Of a stretch of 64,000 nucleotides of DNA, positions 40,211 through 51,492 are shown piece after piece. This stretch comes from Eledone cirrhosa (lineage: Eukaryota). The notes beneath the pieces are model-generated. The model was not told the origin of the DNA. It saw only the letters and a program-made list of their open reading frames with translations, and ran no database searches. How positions within the stretch are numbered: the stretch's first letter is position 1; each line of letters starts with the position of its first letter. The stretch is taken from the NCBI GenBank assembly GCA_964016885.1, contig OZ024741.1, positions 401,450,001 to 401,514,000 on the forward strand. The letters run 5' to 3'. A program made the translations under genes and the position numbers.

Positions 40211-43021
40211 TAGCGACCTAATAGTCAGGACGAGACGTACTAGACAGCAGAAGAGGACTATCCTCATGAGAAAAATATGGAAGCTAAAGGATCCCACAGC
40301 CAGAAATAAATTTCAAAGCATATTACTTGATGCTTTCGACAGTAAGGAAGAGCAATTAGAGTCGTACAAGGTAGAGGAACAGTGGGAATTCCTGAAAGCA
40401 AACCTGCTGATGGCGGCAGACGAAGTCTGTGGCTGGAGCAGGCCTGTAGGCAGGAGGAGAGTAACATGGTGGTGGAACAGTAAGGTGGAGGGGTCAATCA
40501 AGGCCAAAAAGCAGGCTTGGAAAGTATGGCGGGATGGGGGAAGTAGAGAAGACTATCAAGTGGCCAGGAGGGAAGCTAGGAGACAAGTGTACTTCGCAAG
40601 AAGGGAAGCAGAGGAAAGAAAGTTCAAGCATGTTCTACAACGCGAGGACCAAAAACGTGAGGTGTTCAGGATTGCTAGGCAATGTGTCAAGGAAAACTAT
40701 GATATTGTCGGGGAGAAGTGTGTACTTAACGATGATGGCGTACTTGCCATCACTGACGCTGATAAGAAGGTAGCTTGGAAGTGTCACTACGAAAGGCTAC
40801 TAAATGAGGAGAATAAATGGGAGAAAGACAGTCTCCCCCACATCGATCCAATAGAGGAACCAGCAGTGTTAGTCGAAGGTAGTAAAATAAGTAAGGCAAT
40901 CAAAGATATGAAGACGGGTAAGGCGGCTGGGCCTTCAGAAATAGTTGCTGAGATGCTGAAAGCCTCCGGTACGGTGGGACACACCATGGTCACCCGGATA
41001 GTAAACCAAGTCATACAGAATGGGGTTGTTCCGAAGGACTGGCGTAGCAGCATCATCGTTAACTGTTACAAGGGTAAAGGAGACGCCCTAGATAGGAGTA
41101 ACTATAGAGGCATTAAATTAATCGACCAGGTCATGAAGGTCACGGAAAAAGTAATAACGCAACTAATCAGAGAGAGAATTGATCTAGATGAAATGCAGTT
41201 CGGGTTTGTGTCAGGCAAAAGTACCACAGACGCTCTTTTCATTGTACGACAACTACAGGAGAAGTACCTAGCTAAAAGTAAACCCCTATACTTAGCTTTT
41301 GTCGACTTGGAGAAAGCCTTCGACAGAGTCCCCCGTTCCATTATCTGGTGGGCTCTTAGAAAACTAGGTGTTGACGAATGGCTTGTGAGAGCCATACAAG
41401 CCATGTATAAAGAAACAGTCAGCAAGGTTAGAATTAACAACGAATATAGTGAAGAGTTTAGCGTAAAAGTTGGCGTCCATCAGGGCTCTGTTCTTAGCCC
41501 CCTACTATTTATTATTGCCCTTCAGGCTATAACAGAGGAGTTCAAGACCGGCTGCCCATGGGAACTCCTATACGCAGATGATCTAACGCTCATAGCTGAA
41601 TCAATGGCCGAGCTAGAGAAGAAATTCCAAACATGGAAGCACGGCCTAGAATCAAAAGGCCTTAAAATTAACCCGGCTAAGACTAAAGTTCTAGTTTGTA
41701 GGAAAGAAAATAAGGCGCCGGTCCCCTTCGGGAAATGGCCATGCTCATTGTGTAGGAAAGGCGTAGGTAGAAACTCCATTTTATGTCCCAAATGCAAAGT
41801 ATGGGTGCATAAAAGATGTAGTGGGATCACAGGTAAGCTAACTAAGAACACAGATTTTACATGTGGCCGGTGCTCTGGTGCAATAAGTAGCAGCAAGTGC
41901 CCACAAAACACTAACTCTTTCAATTGCGCAGAGGGTTCTATAGAAATAGTGGACAGCTTCCGTTACCTGGGTGACAAAATCAGCAGTGGGGGAGGGTGCT
42001 CTGAAAGTACAGTAGCTAGAGTCAGAACTGGATGGAAAAAGTTCAGAGAGCTTATACCACTATTAGCCGCTAAAGGGTTCTCCCTAAAAATGAAAGGCAG
42101 GTTGTATGATGCCTGCATACGAACAGCAATGTTGCATGGCAGTGAGACCTGGGCATTGTGTGCAGAGGATATACGCAGACTAGAGAGGAACGAAGCTTGC
42201 ATGCTCCGCTGGATGTGTAATAGTAATATACGTGAACGGCAAAGCATAAACGAACTAAGGAAAAAATTAGAAATAAGAGGGATCAGATGTTGTTTACTCG
42301 AGAGAAGGCTACGTTGGTATGGTCACGTGATGCGCATGAAAGACGACAGCTGTATAACAAAGTGCAGGGCAATAAGGATAGATGGTAGCCACGGAGTAGG
42401 CAGACCCAGGAAAACCTGGGACGAGCTGATAAATTCCGACCTCACACACTTACACCTCTCCAAGACAATGTCACTGGACCGAGACCTTTGGCGGTACTCA
42501 GTAACAGAGAAGACCCGCCTCACCTAAATACAAAGTAAAACCTACTAGTCAGTAGGCATCTCTAACAAAATACACCCCCGTCCCACCCCATCCACACCGC
42601 CCCCTTCAATGCAAAGTTATGTTGGTGTCACAACATCCAGGCCGAAACAAACGAGATCGTATAGGTATCACGACAAAAAAACACACAGTCCACGCTGTAA
42701 TGTGACCGTGTAGGCAACACGGTAAAAACCTCCCAGTCCCACACTATAAATGTGGTTGGTGTTAGGAAGGGCATCCAGCTGTAGAAAACACGCCAGACAG
42801 TCCACGCTGTAATGTGGCCGTGTAGGCAACACGGTAAAAACCTCCCAGCCCCACACTGTAAATGTGGTTGGTGTTAGGAAGGGCATCCAGCTGTAGAAAA
42901 CCCCCCAGACAGTCCTATGCGAGCAAGACAACCACTCTTGCCTCAAGTGGGAAAACCCCCGTCCAAACCCATGCAAGCGTGGAACAGGGACGTTAAACGA
43001 TGATGATGATGATGATGATGA
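40211..43021 (+). mobile_element. 5'-truncated RTE-clade LINE with uninterrupted RT frame and (GAT)n tail
   Basis: Inserted in (TA)n. The endonuclease is missing. The 3' UTR ends GACGTTAAAC(GAT)n. Confidence 0.95.
40212..42527 (+). CDS. RTE reverse transcriptase ORF (5'-truncated) with PHD-like C4HC3 insert
   Basis: NYRGIKL, QFGF, FVDLEKAFD, GVHQGSVLSP, YADD, FRYLG and RLRWYGH. The start called at 40155 lies in flanking microsatellite sequence. Confidence 0.93.
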   Translation, partial: SDLIVRTRRTRQQKRTILMRKIWKLKDPTARNKFQSILLDAFDSKEEQLESYKVEEQWEFLKANLLMAADEVCGWSRPVGRRRVTWWWNSKVEGSIKAKKQAWKVWRDGGSREDYQVARREARRQVYFARREAEERKFKHVLQREDQKREVFRIARQCVKENYDIVGEKCVLNDDGVLAITDADKKVAWKCHYERLLNEENKWEKDSLPHIDPIEEPAVLVEGSKISKAIKDMKTGKAAGPSEIVAEMLKASGTVGHTMVTRIVNQVIQNGVVPKDWRSSIIVNCYKGKGDALDRSNYRGIKLIDQVMKVTEKVITQLIRERIDLDEMQFGFVSGKSTTDALFIVRQLQEKYLAKSKPLYLAFVDLEKAFDRVPRSIIWWALRKLGVDEWLVRAIQAMYKETVSKVRINNEYSEEFSVKVGVHQGSVLSPLLFIIALQAITEEFKTGCPWELLYADDLTLIAESMAELEKKFQTWKHGLESKGLKINPAKTKVLVCRKENKAPVPFGKWPCSLCRKGVGRNSILCPKCKVWVHKRCSGITGKLTKNTDFTCGRCSGAISSSKCPQNTNSFNCAEGSIEIVDSFRYLGDKISSGGGCSESTVARVRTGWKKFRELIPLLAAKGFSLKMKGRLYDACIRTAMLHGSETWALCAEDIRRLERNEACMLRWMCNSNIRERQSINELRKKLEIRGIRCCLLERRLRWYGHVMRMKDDSCITKCRAIRIDGSHGVGRPRKTWDELINSDLTHLHLSKTMSLDRDLWRYSVTEKTRLT

Positions 43022-43351
43022 TATATACTATAAAGTATGTCCATAGAATCATTTGATAATATATATACACCATTTCCTCTCCCAATTAGCATAATCAACC
43101 ACACAAAAAACCAATTAAACCAGGCTATAAGATTAAAAGGCACCTATGAAGAAATAGTAGATAAATAAACGACAGCCATCTATTTGCGATCAACCGCTAT
43201 AGAATATTTACCCAACATTTCAATAGCACGTGGAAATCGATTAAATGTACCATCAACCATACACAATTAGGTATAAAATTAAAGTTAGAACCACCTACAC
43301 ACTATATGTATATATAAACCCATGCAAGCGTGGAACACGGACGTTAAACGT

Positions 43352-43385
<34 letters not shown>

Positions 43386-43504
43386 ATAGTGTGTAGGTGG
43401 TTCAGTGAATTACTGGGGTTGGTACCAAATCAAGCACTCTATGCACAGGCAGAGTGTATATATTAGAAAAAACAAGGAAGTTTCATTTACATGTGTAGGA
43501 TATC

Positions 43505-43658
43505 TATTGTATATTGACCTGTTATGCGCGTTTTGCAGAGGATTGGCTCAAGGTCACCCATAGGAGTTATGGACCCGACTCCAGTATCGATCTGCTCTTC
43601 AGACTGGTGATGTGGCCTTGAGCCAATCTTCTGTGAAATGCACGTAACAGGCCGATAC

Positions 43659-43664
<6 letters not shown>
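43505..43664. repeat. Inverted-repeat cassette (Penelope-like remnant)
   Basis: Arms 43505-43553 and 43616-43664. Confidence 0.8.
43517..43608 (-). ncRNA. Type I hammerhead motif with long stem II, decayed
   Basis: On minus: ACCAGT-CTGAAGA-GCAGA..51 nt..TCTGC-AAAA-CGCGCA-TA-ACAGGT. The inverted copy retains GAAA and ..CGTA. Confidence 0.65.
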
Positions 43665-43724
<60 letters not shown>

Positions 43725-43795
43725 GAAAATAATGTATGTACACTCCATATTCTTCTGAGTTTTTGTCTTGTATTGGCCGATAGTGCTACTTATAG

Positions 43796-43849
43796 CTTTA
43801 ATTGCCCTGATGAGTCCGTAATAGGACGAAACATTGTTGGCTAATAAAG
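43796..43849 (+). ncRNA. Type I hammerhead ribozyme, intact core
   Basis: CTTTAATTGCC-CTGATGA-GTCC gtaata GGAC-GAAA-C att G-TT-GGCTAATAAAG. Stem I has 9/11 pairs and the cleavage triplet is GUU. Confidence 0.85.
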
Positions 43850-43988
43850 ACTTTTGATGTATTGAAGGCTTCTTTGGTTTATTTTCATAATTCTTCGGCT
43901 CTGTTTAATTACATTGAGCTATACCTTTACTGCCATTTCTATAATACGAAGAGGGTGTTTAACTCCAACACACTCTAGTATTTTAATT

Positions 43989-44026
<38 letters not shown>

Positions 44027-44165
44027 AGTGGAAGGTTAGTAAAATCGAAGTTATGGTGGTGGCCAAACCAACGAAGTAACAATTAGGTTTGTACAAAGCA
44101 CTCAATAAAAATGTATCAATAAAACGATAGGCTACACCTTAGAGTAATTAACATATGTTAGATAG

Positions 44166-46558
44166 ATTTCTTTATTAGCCACAAGGGCGCAACAAGAAAG
44201 GGGACAATACAAAGACATGCCGGGGATTTTACATACAGTCGTGTAAAAAATATAAAAACAAACAATTTCAACAATCGAAATCCCCAATAGGGGGGAGGCG
44301 CCACAAATGGGTTGTTTAATACCCCGTCGATAGAACAACCCTCAACTCGAGGAGCGTGTTGTGCAAGTGCTCCTTTCTTCCTTTTGCTCTCTTCCTCAAC
44401 CTACAGGCTTATAAACAGAGAAGGCCCAATCACTCGGGCCATTTTCGCTTCATTCACCCACCTTTCAGTAAATTTACTGGGGTGCAGTGCCTCTCTCTCC
44501 ACCCTGATTCTCCTTCTAAAGTGATACTTAAAGAAGGGAACCAATTGTTGTCCGGAGAGAAAGGCATCTGTCCTCAGTCCTCTCAACCTCGTCCACCATA
44601 TAACTTCTTTCACCATAGCCACCGTACAGAGGAAAACCGCCTCTCTTTCGTTTTTGAAAGAGTCTGGCGGTTTGATCCTTACTATGGACTCGGAAGTCAA
44701 CTGTATTTGTCCCATACGCGACAGCAGTTGTTCTGCATAGTTCCACAGGTCGCTTACGCCCGGGCAGTGTACAATTGCGTGCAGAACTGTTTCAATGTCC
44801 TGCGCACATCTTGGACACGTCCTCTTGGAAGGATCCCTGCCAGGGCGTCCGTGCCTGTCGATCTTGTCACGAACCGGTAGAGCTCCTCGGTAGCACTGCC
44901 AGGCCAGGGACCTCTGGAAGTTGTCCATAGGTCCCGGGCGGAAAGTCCTACCAAACATACTGGTGAGCTCATCGTCTTCGACGCCCAGAGTCTCTCCGAG
45001 CACGTCGTCGCCCTTGTAACGTACAATCCCTCTATAGAATGTCGAAGTGGAGTCTCCACTGATTGCTGCGCCCGCTTGCCAGAGGACTGTGAGCGCCTGA
45101 GCGCATTCAATGTGCCAGGCGCCCATCGTTTTCGGTCTTTTCTTCACCCAGGATTGCAGCTCCGTTAGCGAGACGAGCTGTGGGAAAGCCTGTCTCACAA
45201 ACGGTGCCCACACCGGTTGGGGGTCGGTGAGGAATACCTGGAGATGCCGCAGCCTTAGCGCATGTTTGCGCATAATCAGCCACGGCATTCCCAGCCCTCC
45301 GTTGGAAGGGTGCTGACAGCAGACGGATCTCCTCACCAGCGGAGCCTGCTTCTTCCACAGAAACTGGAAGAGCATGCGTTCCATCTTGGCGAGGTGTTCA
45401 CGGGGACAAGGCACGACAGTCAAGCGGTAGTAGATGACGGACGCTATGAAAGTGTTCGCCACCTCCGCTCGACCTTTCAAGGACAGTTTGCACTCTGCCC
45501 ACTTCTGAGTGAGTGCAAACACCTTGGCCGTGACCTCGTTCCAGTTTTTCTCCACCTGGAGGTCTGGACCGAACCAGACCCCGAGCAATTTCACCGGTCC
45601 GTCCGTCCAGCGTCCAACGACGCTGTCGGATGTCATCGGTTTGCCTCTCCACGTACCGAGTTGCAAACCGACAGACTTGTCTGGGTTTAGTTTTGCTCCC
45701 GTCAGCGTTTCGTATTCTTTCAGTATGTTGCCGATCACCCCGATTTCCGAGGTGATCGACACCATTACTGTCACGTCGTCGGCATAAGCCGACGCCGCTT
45801 TGCGCAGTCCCGGTTCTAGGGGATGCCCTGCAACAGCTCCAATTTCCGCAGTAGTGGCTCTAGAGTCAATACATACAGAATGGAGGAGAGAGGGCATCCC
45901 TGTCGAATGGAACGCGTGATTGCGAATGGCTCCGATAGGTAGCCGTTCACCTTGACCCTCGAGCAATGCTGGTGTGCATCGCCTCGATCCATCCTCTGAA
46001 CACGGGACCGAAACCGGCCGCCTTGAGAACCGCTTCCAAGTATCGATGGTCGACCCTATCGAATGCCTTAGACTGATCCAAGTTGATCAGAGCCCCACCG
46101 AAGCCGGGTTTACTACCCACCCTCTCTATGATGTATCGCATGAGGTGGAGGTTGTCGTGTATGGACCTGGTCGGGATTGCACACGTTTGCGCTTTCCCTA
46201 CCAGGTTCTCGACGACAAGCGCCAACCTCGTCGCTAGCACCTTGGCCAAAATCTTTAACTCTGTGTTGAGCAGAGTTATGGGCCTGAAGTTGTTAATTTC
46301 GTCCCCCTTGTTCTCGTCTTTCCTGATCAGCGTTACTACGCCCTTGCCTGCAGAACTGGGAATTCTCCCGTTCTGCTGCCAATTGCAGTAGACGGCTTCG
46401 AGGACGCCAGAGAACAAGTCCGGCATGCCAATGTAAAACTCACAGGGTAGACCATCTAGACCGGGTGACTTGCGTTTCCCGCAGCGGCCCAGAGCGTCCC
46501 GTATCTCAGTGTCCGTGATCGGTCTTTCGCAGAACTCGGCGCCCGTGTTCGAGAGACG
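44166..46558 (-). mobile_element. 5'-truncated Tx1/L1-clade LINE, ORF2 with two frameshifts
   Basis: KSPGLDG, NFRPITLLN, DQSKAFDRV, QGCPLS (third frame), YADD and C-terminal CPRC..ETVLHAIVHC. AATAAA at the 3' end. 9-bp TSD GTTAGATAG at 44157-65 and 46559-67. Confidence 0.93.
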
Positions 46559-46749
46559 GTTAGATAGCGAGACAAATAGAAAACTGTGGCTAGGGTGCAT
46601 AGCCACCTAATTCGCCAAAACAACGAAAATATAATCAGGTTAAATAACAAACCTGGACTGTATCGAGGGGTATTATGCCATATCCATGATAAATTTCTAC
46701 GAATCCAAAATCAATGAGCAGAGGTGGTGAGAGCAGACCACAGATTGCT

Positions 46750-46862
46750 GAAGCTCATGGAGGAGATGGCAAAGGACCGTGGCAAGTGGAGAGATGCTGT
46801 GCTGAATAGGACCTGTCCCACCCTTGCAAGTAGGGAAAAGCGAACGTAAAATGGTGATGATA
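46750..46862 (+). mobile_element. RTE 3'-end fragment
   Basis: GAGATGGCAAAGGACCG..TGGAGAGATGCTGTGCTG..CCCTTGCAAG..CGTAAAATGGTGATGA matches the end of 60632-61220. Confidence 0.75.
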
Positions 46863-47269
46863 TAAAGCATAGACTAAAATAAAGCTATTTCAGTCACATC
46901 ACATAATAAATAGCTCAATACTATACAGATAAAAACCTATATTTTGTAGAGCTTCATTTATACAAATTATATTTAGATGTAATTCTGTATATAAAAGTAA
47001 GCATTGTAAGCAAGATATATAATTTTACCTATAAATGTGCTTATATCATGCAGTTTCATTTGACAAAGAAAATTACTAATTAAGATAATTAACCAGTAAT
47101 TAAGACGTCAAAACCATCAGTAACCATAATCTTAAAACATTCCTAAAGCCGTTGCTCTTCCCTTCATTTTCTGTTTTTAAATATCTCTGGTGTTGTTGTT
47201 TGAAAGAGATTTGGTTTTGATTTTTAAAATTTCTTTTATTAAAACATTTAGTTTTATATATTGAAATCA

Positions 47270-47410
47270 TATATGATATCTTACATATATGATATGTTTA
47301 CATGTGTGATATACTTACATGTGTGATATACTTACATATATGTGATATACTTACATACATGATATGTTTACATATATGATATACTTAGATATATGTAATA
47401 CTTACATGTT
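47270..47410. repeat. ~17-19-bp minisatellite (GATATACTTACATATGT)
   Basis: About 8 degenerate copies. Confidence 0.75.
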
Positions 47411-47675
47411 ATAAAAATACAAGAGACTCTTGTAGGCTTATTATACAGAAACATAATGTATGTTTTCATAAACACCCCTATTATGTGCAACACTGTCTGT
47501 GCTACAGCTAATTAACCCTAGCTTAATCAAGTTACTCTATTTTCAGACATTAAGAAAAATCTGCCTTACATTTTGCCATTTTTTTCTGTTTTTAACTTTA
47601 AATTTTCAAGGATATTAAGAAAGTTATTAATTTTTTAATGAATTTTTACCATCTTTTTCTTTTTTATTTCATCAG

Positions 47676-48017
47676 CAACTTGTTGGGCCTCAGGGGACCC
47701 TCACTACAAGACATTTGATGGCAAACACTTCTCTTTCATGGGAGACTGCTCATATACGTTGGCTCAACCAAAGGACAAGAGTTTTTCTGTTACTGTTCGA
47801 AATGTAAAATGTGGTTCATTTGGTGTCACTTGTACAAAGGAGATTTATATTGCTATCCTTGGAAATTTCATTCATTTAGTTAAGGGCAAGTTTCCTACAA
47901 TTAATGATATTCAAATAGGGGCATCAGGATATAGAGGATCTGGACTTGAAATCAGATATGCTGGTTTATTCTTAATTGTGTTCTCAGATAAAGGACTGAC
48001 TGTTTTATGGGACTTTG
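47676..48017 (+). CDS. Visible exon 8 (VWD domain, D3-like)
   Basis: AG at 47674-75, GTATG at 48018. 342 nt, phase 1-1. TCWASGDPHYKTFDGKHFSFMGDCSYTL...CGSFGVTCTK...GLTVLWDF. Confidence 0.96.
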
Positions 48018-48054
48018 GTATGTATTATATATGTGTATATTTTTCTAATATATA

Positions 48055-48529
48055 ATTATTGTTTCTACTTTTGGCACAAGGCCAGCAATTACTCAGTGCA
48101 TTACTGGTACTTTATTTTATCGACCCCATAAGGATGAAAGGCAAAGTTAACCTCGGCAGGGTTTGAACTCAGACTGTAAAGGGTCGTAACTCTTTGCTGC
48201 AAAGCATGGTGTCCGACCCTCTGCCGATACTGCCAATCCAATATAATAATTGTTTCTACTTTTGGCACAAGGCCAGCAATTACTCAGTGCATTACTGGTA
48301 CTTTATTTTATCGACCCCGTAAGGATAAAAGGCAAAGTTAACCTCGGCAGGATTTGAACTCAGATCAGAAAGTGGCGTAACTCTGTGCTACAAAGCATGG
48401 TGTCCGATCCTCTACCGATACTGCCAATCCAATATAATAATCGTTTCTGATTTAGACACCAGGCCAACAATTTTGGAGGAGGGGAAAGTTGATTAAATCA
48501 ATCCCAGCACATTACTGGTACTTTATTTT
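48055..48529 (-). mobile_element. Head-to-tail run of Nin-domain-like SINEs (2 full plus 1 partial)
   Basis: Copies start at ~48055, 48246 and 48436. Confidence 0.87.
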
Positions 48530-49351
48530 AGTAATATATAATAATATATGTTCTTATATTTGGGGAGAGTCATGTTGTTATAATATTGTCAGAAAAATAT
48601 ATAGTATATGGTTTTGGTTGGTTTTCGCTTCAGTATATTTTATATTTCTATAATTAATTCATCTGGCAAAACAAATTTATCGCCGTCATAATATATTCTA
48701 ATATATGATAATACCAAGTATTTTTTCTGCATACTAAAGGAATTACAAAATGTATTTACATTTATTTACGTTTTCACAGTGAGGCTTATAATTATAAGCT
48801 GTGGTTATATCTACATTAAATCTATCTCATATTCTCTAGTATTCACTCTGTTTTCTATAAATATATATTACTTAATAGATTACATCTTCAACAAATACAT
48901 GATATGTAAAGTGGACTAACCATTTCCAAAGTTCTTCTTTGTGTTTAATATAAATAGTGATTTGCTATAAATTCTTCATAGACAAAAGAGAAAGGATACT
49001 TGTTTTCTAAAGAACATCCAATAAAATGTAAAACATGTAAAAGCAATCCTTATATTTAACAAGGTATGAAGTGGATAACAAAATGTGTTTACATTTGTTT
49101 ACATTTTCATAACCGGGCTTATAATTTAAAACTGTAGTCATACCTCCAATAAATTCACCTTTTATTAAGTGTGCAACTGATCACATCTACCAATTTTGGT
49201 TTAATTTGGTTTAATTTGATGATTAGAATAAAATCTTTGTTACATGTTTTATATTTTATCAGAACGCGTGTTTAGTTGTTGTTGCATTTTTAATATTTTC
49301 TAGGAACACGTGTTTAACTGTAGTTTATATTTTCTAGGAACACGTGTTTAA

Positions 49352-49667
49352 CACTTTAGTATTTAAACCGGCTGTATCCGGCCAGAATTTCCTCACCACT
49401 TTCTGTTCAAACCAGCTGTAACTGGCTGCTGTTAAGGTATTGTTCTCAAAATGAATAATATCAAAATCTCATAAATTTGATATTATGTGAGATAAAACCT
49501 TTACCATGAAAATATAATGGCTGTTCATACTAATGTTAAGGTATTGTTCTCAAAATTAATAATATCAAAATCTCATAAATTTGATATTATGTGAGATAAT
49601 TATGTGAGGTAAAGCCTTTACCATGAAAATACAATAATATACATAGAGTAATGTAAATGCTAACGGG
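49352..49667 (+). mobile_element. piggyBac-like MITE
   Basis: TTAA-CACTTTAGTATTT ... AAATGCTAACGGG-TTAA. Confidence 0.82.
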
Positions 49668-49774
49668 TTAACTGTTACATGTTCCATATCTTCTAGGAAC
49701 ACATGTTTAACTGCTACATGTTCCATATTTTCTAGGAACACATGTTTAACTGCTACATGTTCCATATTTTCTAG

Positions 49775-49983
49775 GAACCCGTGTTTATATTCAAATCTCT
49801 GACCAATGGAGAGGTAAAATGGAAGGTCTTTGTGGAGATTATGATTCCAATTCAGAGAATGACTTCCGTTCCAGATATAATTCTCTAGAAACTATGGCCT
49901 CAAGTTTTGCTCATAGCTGGAAACTTTACAAGTGTCCCCTTGTTCCTCAGAATTGGCCCCACAATAATGTTATGCCATGTCAG
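49775..49983 (+). CDS. Visible exon 9 (end of VWD3)
   Basis: AG at 49773-74, GT at 49984. 209 nt, phase 1-0. GTRVYIQISDQWRGKMEGLCGDYDSNSENDFRSR...FAHSW...PCQ. Confidence 0.94.
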
Positions 49984-50745
49984 GTTTGTAAATATTATAT
50001 CTTTTTGTTTTACATTCTTCAGAATTAAGTTTTCAAACATATTTAAAGTGTTATGCATGACATGATATGCATTTATGGTGCTATAAGTTCTGAGGGAGTC
50101 GTAGGGGCACCATACTGAAATATTGTGTTTCAATGGAATTTTTAAACCTGGTAGAACCCATCTCCTCTCCAGGTCTTAATACAGCCAATTTCTTCCAGAG
50201 AAGGATAAAGAGAATGAGAGAATGGAAATGAGAAAGAGATATAGAGGAAGAATGGACCCCAGTACAAGACTGGTACTTTTATATCAATCTCGAAAAGAGA
50301 AAAAGCAAAGTGAATAGAGAGCTGAAATGAATATCACAAAGCATTATATTCCAATGTTCTAATGACTCTGCCAATTTGCCGCCTATAATAAAATATACTA
50401 AAATTTTAAACTATAACCCATTGCTACAAATATGGTCCCCAGTACGAATAAACTATAAGAATAAACTATAGCTTATATACATTTTGTGTATAAAACATCT
50501 GCTGGAAAGTTGTTATGTTAGCTCCATGCTGCAGAGATTGCAATGAAAATGTTGATACACACAAAATCTGTTAACTTTATATGTATTTTATTAAAGGTTA
50601 AAATGACTCTTCAGTGCAGTAATTGTTTTATATATATGTATATATATTGGTATATATATGAAAAGTCAATAAGGAACAACACAGGAGAACAATAGAGTAC
50701 CATGATGATTTATATTAGATTATGCTTGATATAGTAAGAAAATAT

Positions 50746-50781
50746 TTTTAACATTTTGGACATTAATCCTTCATCAGAAGA
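50746..50781 (-). ncRNA. Decayed hammerhead motif (related to the 59787 family)
   Basis: On minus: TCTT-CTGATGA-AGGATTAATGTCC-AAAA-TG-TT-AAAA. The GAAA box is lost. Confidence 0.55.
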
Positions 50782-50862
50782 TAGAAGGAAAAGAAAGATA
50801 TATGAGAATAAAAAAGGATGAAATGTAAAAAGGAAATTTCACAGAAGTATGTATGAGTGTTG

Positions 50863-50894
<32 letters not shown>

Positions 50895-50896
<2 letters not shown>

Positions 50897-51091
50897 CAAA
50901 GATTAAGAAGGATTTTAATTAAAGCATTTAACTGATTTACGACCGTTTTCTTAGACTAGCAAGAATTTTCCATTGTATTTGATCGATTCTGAGGAGTTTA
51001 TTCTAACAGGAATGGGATATTCTTGTTAATCTAATGAAATGGCCATAAAACAATTAAATGCTTTATTAAAAATCTTTGTTAATCTTTTGTT
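50895..51091. repeat. Inverted-repeat cassette containing a decayed hammerhead (50985-51051, +)
   Basis: Arms 50895-50966 and 51019-51091. GATT-CTGAGGA-long stem II (TAACAGGAAT/ATTCTTGTTA)-GAAA-TGGCCA-TA. Confidence 0.7.
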
Positions 51092-51095
51092 TTAG

Positions 51096-51127
<32 letters not shown>

Positions 51128-51209
51128 AAAAGGTAAACAGAAATAACACAATCAGTACAGTATATGGAAGGAATATATTAGGTTAACACTTGAAATAGCA
51201 GGAAGAAGG

Positions 51210-51245
51210 TCTTAACGTTTCGGACGCTAGTCCTTCATCAGAAGA
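51210..51245 (-). ncRNA. Minimal type I hammerhead ribozyme
   Basis: Exact reverse complement of 59787-59822, in a ~135-bp cassette (~51127-51260) homologous to 59776-59908. Confidence 0.8.
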
Positions 51246-51492
51246 AAGAATGAGAAATAAGATAGATTGAAGGGACGGGTGGAATTTGAAAAAATATCTT
51301 TAGATAAAAATAACAGGTCCAATCATGTTAACATCTCTTAGTCTGAACTGTCTTTTACCTATCTTGCTTTGGACCATAAAATCACATTGAGCTTTAAAAT
51401 ATTATTTGCCTTTATATGGTTGTATCATCAACATATTTAAATTTGTTATATATAAATATATATTGATTAATGTATCATTGTTTTATCTTCAG

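Noticed and set aside
40264-42523. Minus-strand ORFs overlapping the RTE, and likewise the plus-strand ORFs over the Tx1 element
   Set aside because: Antisense shadows of the RT genes with no recognisable motifs.
43838-44181. Shared TGGCTAATAAAGA between the hammerhead cassette and the Tx1 3' end
   Set aside because: Only 13 bp, centred on a poly(A) signal, with no further similarity.
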